Source: Candidatus Stammera capleta
GTDB lineage: Bacteria; Pseudomonadota; Gammaproteobacteria; Enterobacterales; Enterobacteriaceae
Direction: 5' to 3'
NCBI GenBank assembly: GCA_015134695.1
Contig: CP043987.1
Coordinates: forward strand, 14,423-78,422
DNA: 64,000 nt
Shown: one piece after another, positions 62,749 through 64,000 of the stretch
How the letters are laid out: each line of letters opens with the position of its first letter
Numbering within the stretch: position 1 is the stretch's first letter
The notes under the pieces: generated by a model
Told to the model about the DNA's origin: nothing
The model's input: the letters and a program-made list of their open reading frames with translations, nothing else
Database searches by the model: none
Translations under genes and position numbers: made by a program

Positions 62749-64000
62749 AAAATATCTTAATCTAATTAAAATATTTTTTTTTTTTAAAAATAATATTATT
62801 TTATTTATACTAGGACTATTAATATTACCAGTAATAAAAATATGTAAAATTTTATATATATACTTTTTATTTAAATATTTAAATTTATTAAGTAATATAT
62901 TTATATTTAAATCAACATTTAATTGATCTCAAATATTTTGATATTTTAATATATTATAAAATTTTTTTAATATTAAATAAGAATACTTACTTTTATATTT
63001 ATTTATTAATGAATTATTTAAAATTTTTTTTTTATTAAAAATAGTACAAAAATCTACTACATCCTTAATTAAATAACTTTTAGGTAATATAAAAGATATT
63101 ATTTCAGATATATTTTTTATATTATCTAAATATATTTTATTATTAATAATATAATTATTAAAATAATTAATAAATTTATTATATGATATTTTAGATAAAT
63201 AATATTTATTTAATCAAAGCATCTTTTTAATATTTAAAATACAAGGAGATTTATTTAATCTATTTAAATTAAATAAATATTTCATTTGATTAAAATGAAC
63301 TATTTCATAATTTTTATAAGATCAACCCAATCTTAATAAATAATTTAATATTGAATCTGGTAAAAAACCATTATCAATATAATTTTGTATATTAAAAAAA
63401 GAATTTTTTTTAGATAATTTATTACAATTATTATCTAATATAATAGGTAAATGTAAATAGTTAGGTATTCTATAATTTAATGATTTAATTATATTTATTT
63501 GTTTAGGAGTATTACTAATATGATCTTCTCCTCTAATTATATGAGTAATAGACATATAATAATCATCAACAACAACACAAAAATTATATGTAGGTAACCC
63601 ATTACTACGTTTAATAATAATATCATCTAAATTTTCATTATTTATAATAATATTTCCATATAATAAATCTTTAAATAAAAGATTTCCTGACAAAGGATTT
63701 TTAAACCTAACAACATAATTCAAATTTTTATTTTTTCTTTTATTTCTTGGATTTCTACAATATCTATCATATTTAAATTTAATATTTTTTTTAATACATT
63801 TTTTATATAAATAATTTATTCTTTTGTTACTACAATAACATTTATAAGCTAAATTATTTATTAACATATAATTAATAATTTTATTATAAATATCAATTCT
63901 TTTAGATTGATAATATATTTTTTCATCTCAATATAATCCTAATCATTCCAATATATATAAAATATAATCAGAATATTTTTTGTTTGAATTTATATTATTA
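62734..64000 (-). CDS. gltX: Glutamyl-tRNA synthetase (N-terminus outside the window)
   Basis: ...YILE-W(TGA)-LGLY-W(TGA)-DEKIYYQSKR...AYKCYC...RGEDHISNTPKQ... The C-terminal part reads to TAA 62734-62736, overlapping the ligA 3' end by 15 nt (convergent). The frame is open to the window edge. Confidence 0.9.

Overview
Extremely A+T-rich (by eye well under 20% G+C), gene-dense window with no rRNA, CRISPR array, IS element, phage gene or defence island. It looks like part of a highly reduced bacterial endosymbiont genome. Gene order and protein similarities point to an Enterobacterales-derived gammaproteobacterium: PykF-, SpeD-, YbhL-, YdjM- and YbgI-like proteins; gyrB-dnaN-dnaA | rpmH-rnpA-yidC-mnmE; rpsP-trmD-rplS; recC-recB-recD; thrS-infC-rpmI-rplT-pheS-pheT-ihfA; map | rpsB-tsf. 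I cannot name the organism from sequence alone. The key to reading the window is that UGA encodes Trp (translation table 4). The supplied ORF track uses the standard code and breaks most genes into pieces. Joining same-frame pieces across in-frame TGA restores about 62 full-length housekeeping CDS, and those TGA codons fall on universally conserved Trp positions. There are also 5 tRNA genes, none encoding a 3' CCA. I found no novel multi-gene system; this is core housekeeping DNA. The most interesting signal is trmD, the one gene still broken under table 4. It needs a +1 shift at CCC-UAA, preceded by AGGU-UAU, the same geometry as the prfB programmed frameshift site. TrmD is itself the enzyme whose m1G37 product suppresses +1 slippage of tRNA-Pro at CCC-N. 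Other points: ThrRS without its N-terminal editing half; RNase E and LigA without C-terminal domains; a SpeD homolog whose pyruvoyl-precursor Ser is Cys; a complete recCBD operon retained while recF is gone; two anomalously long, almost pure A/T spacers (485 and 814 bp); A17-A19 tracts inside CDS; and tandem perfect palindromes between convergent genes. All coordinates were worked out by hand from the sequence, and start codons are the least certain part.
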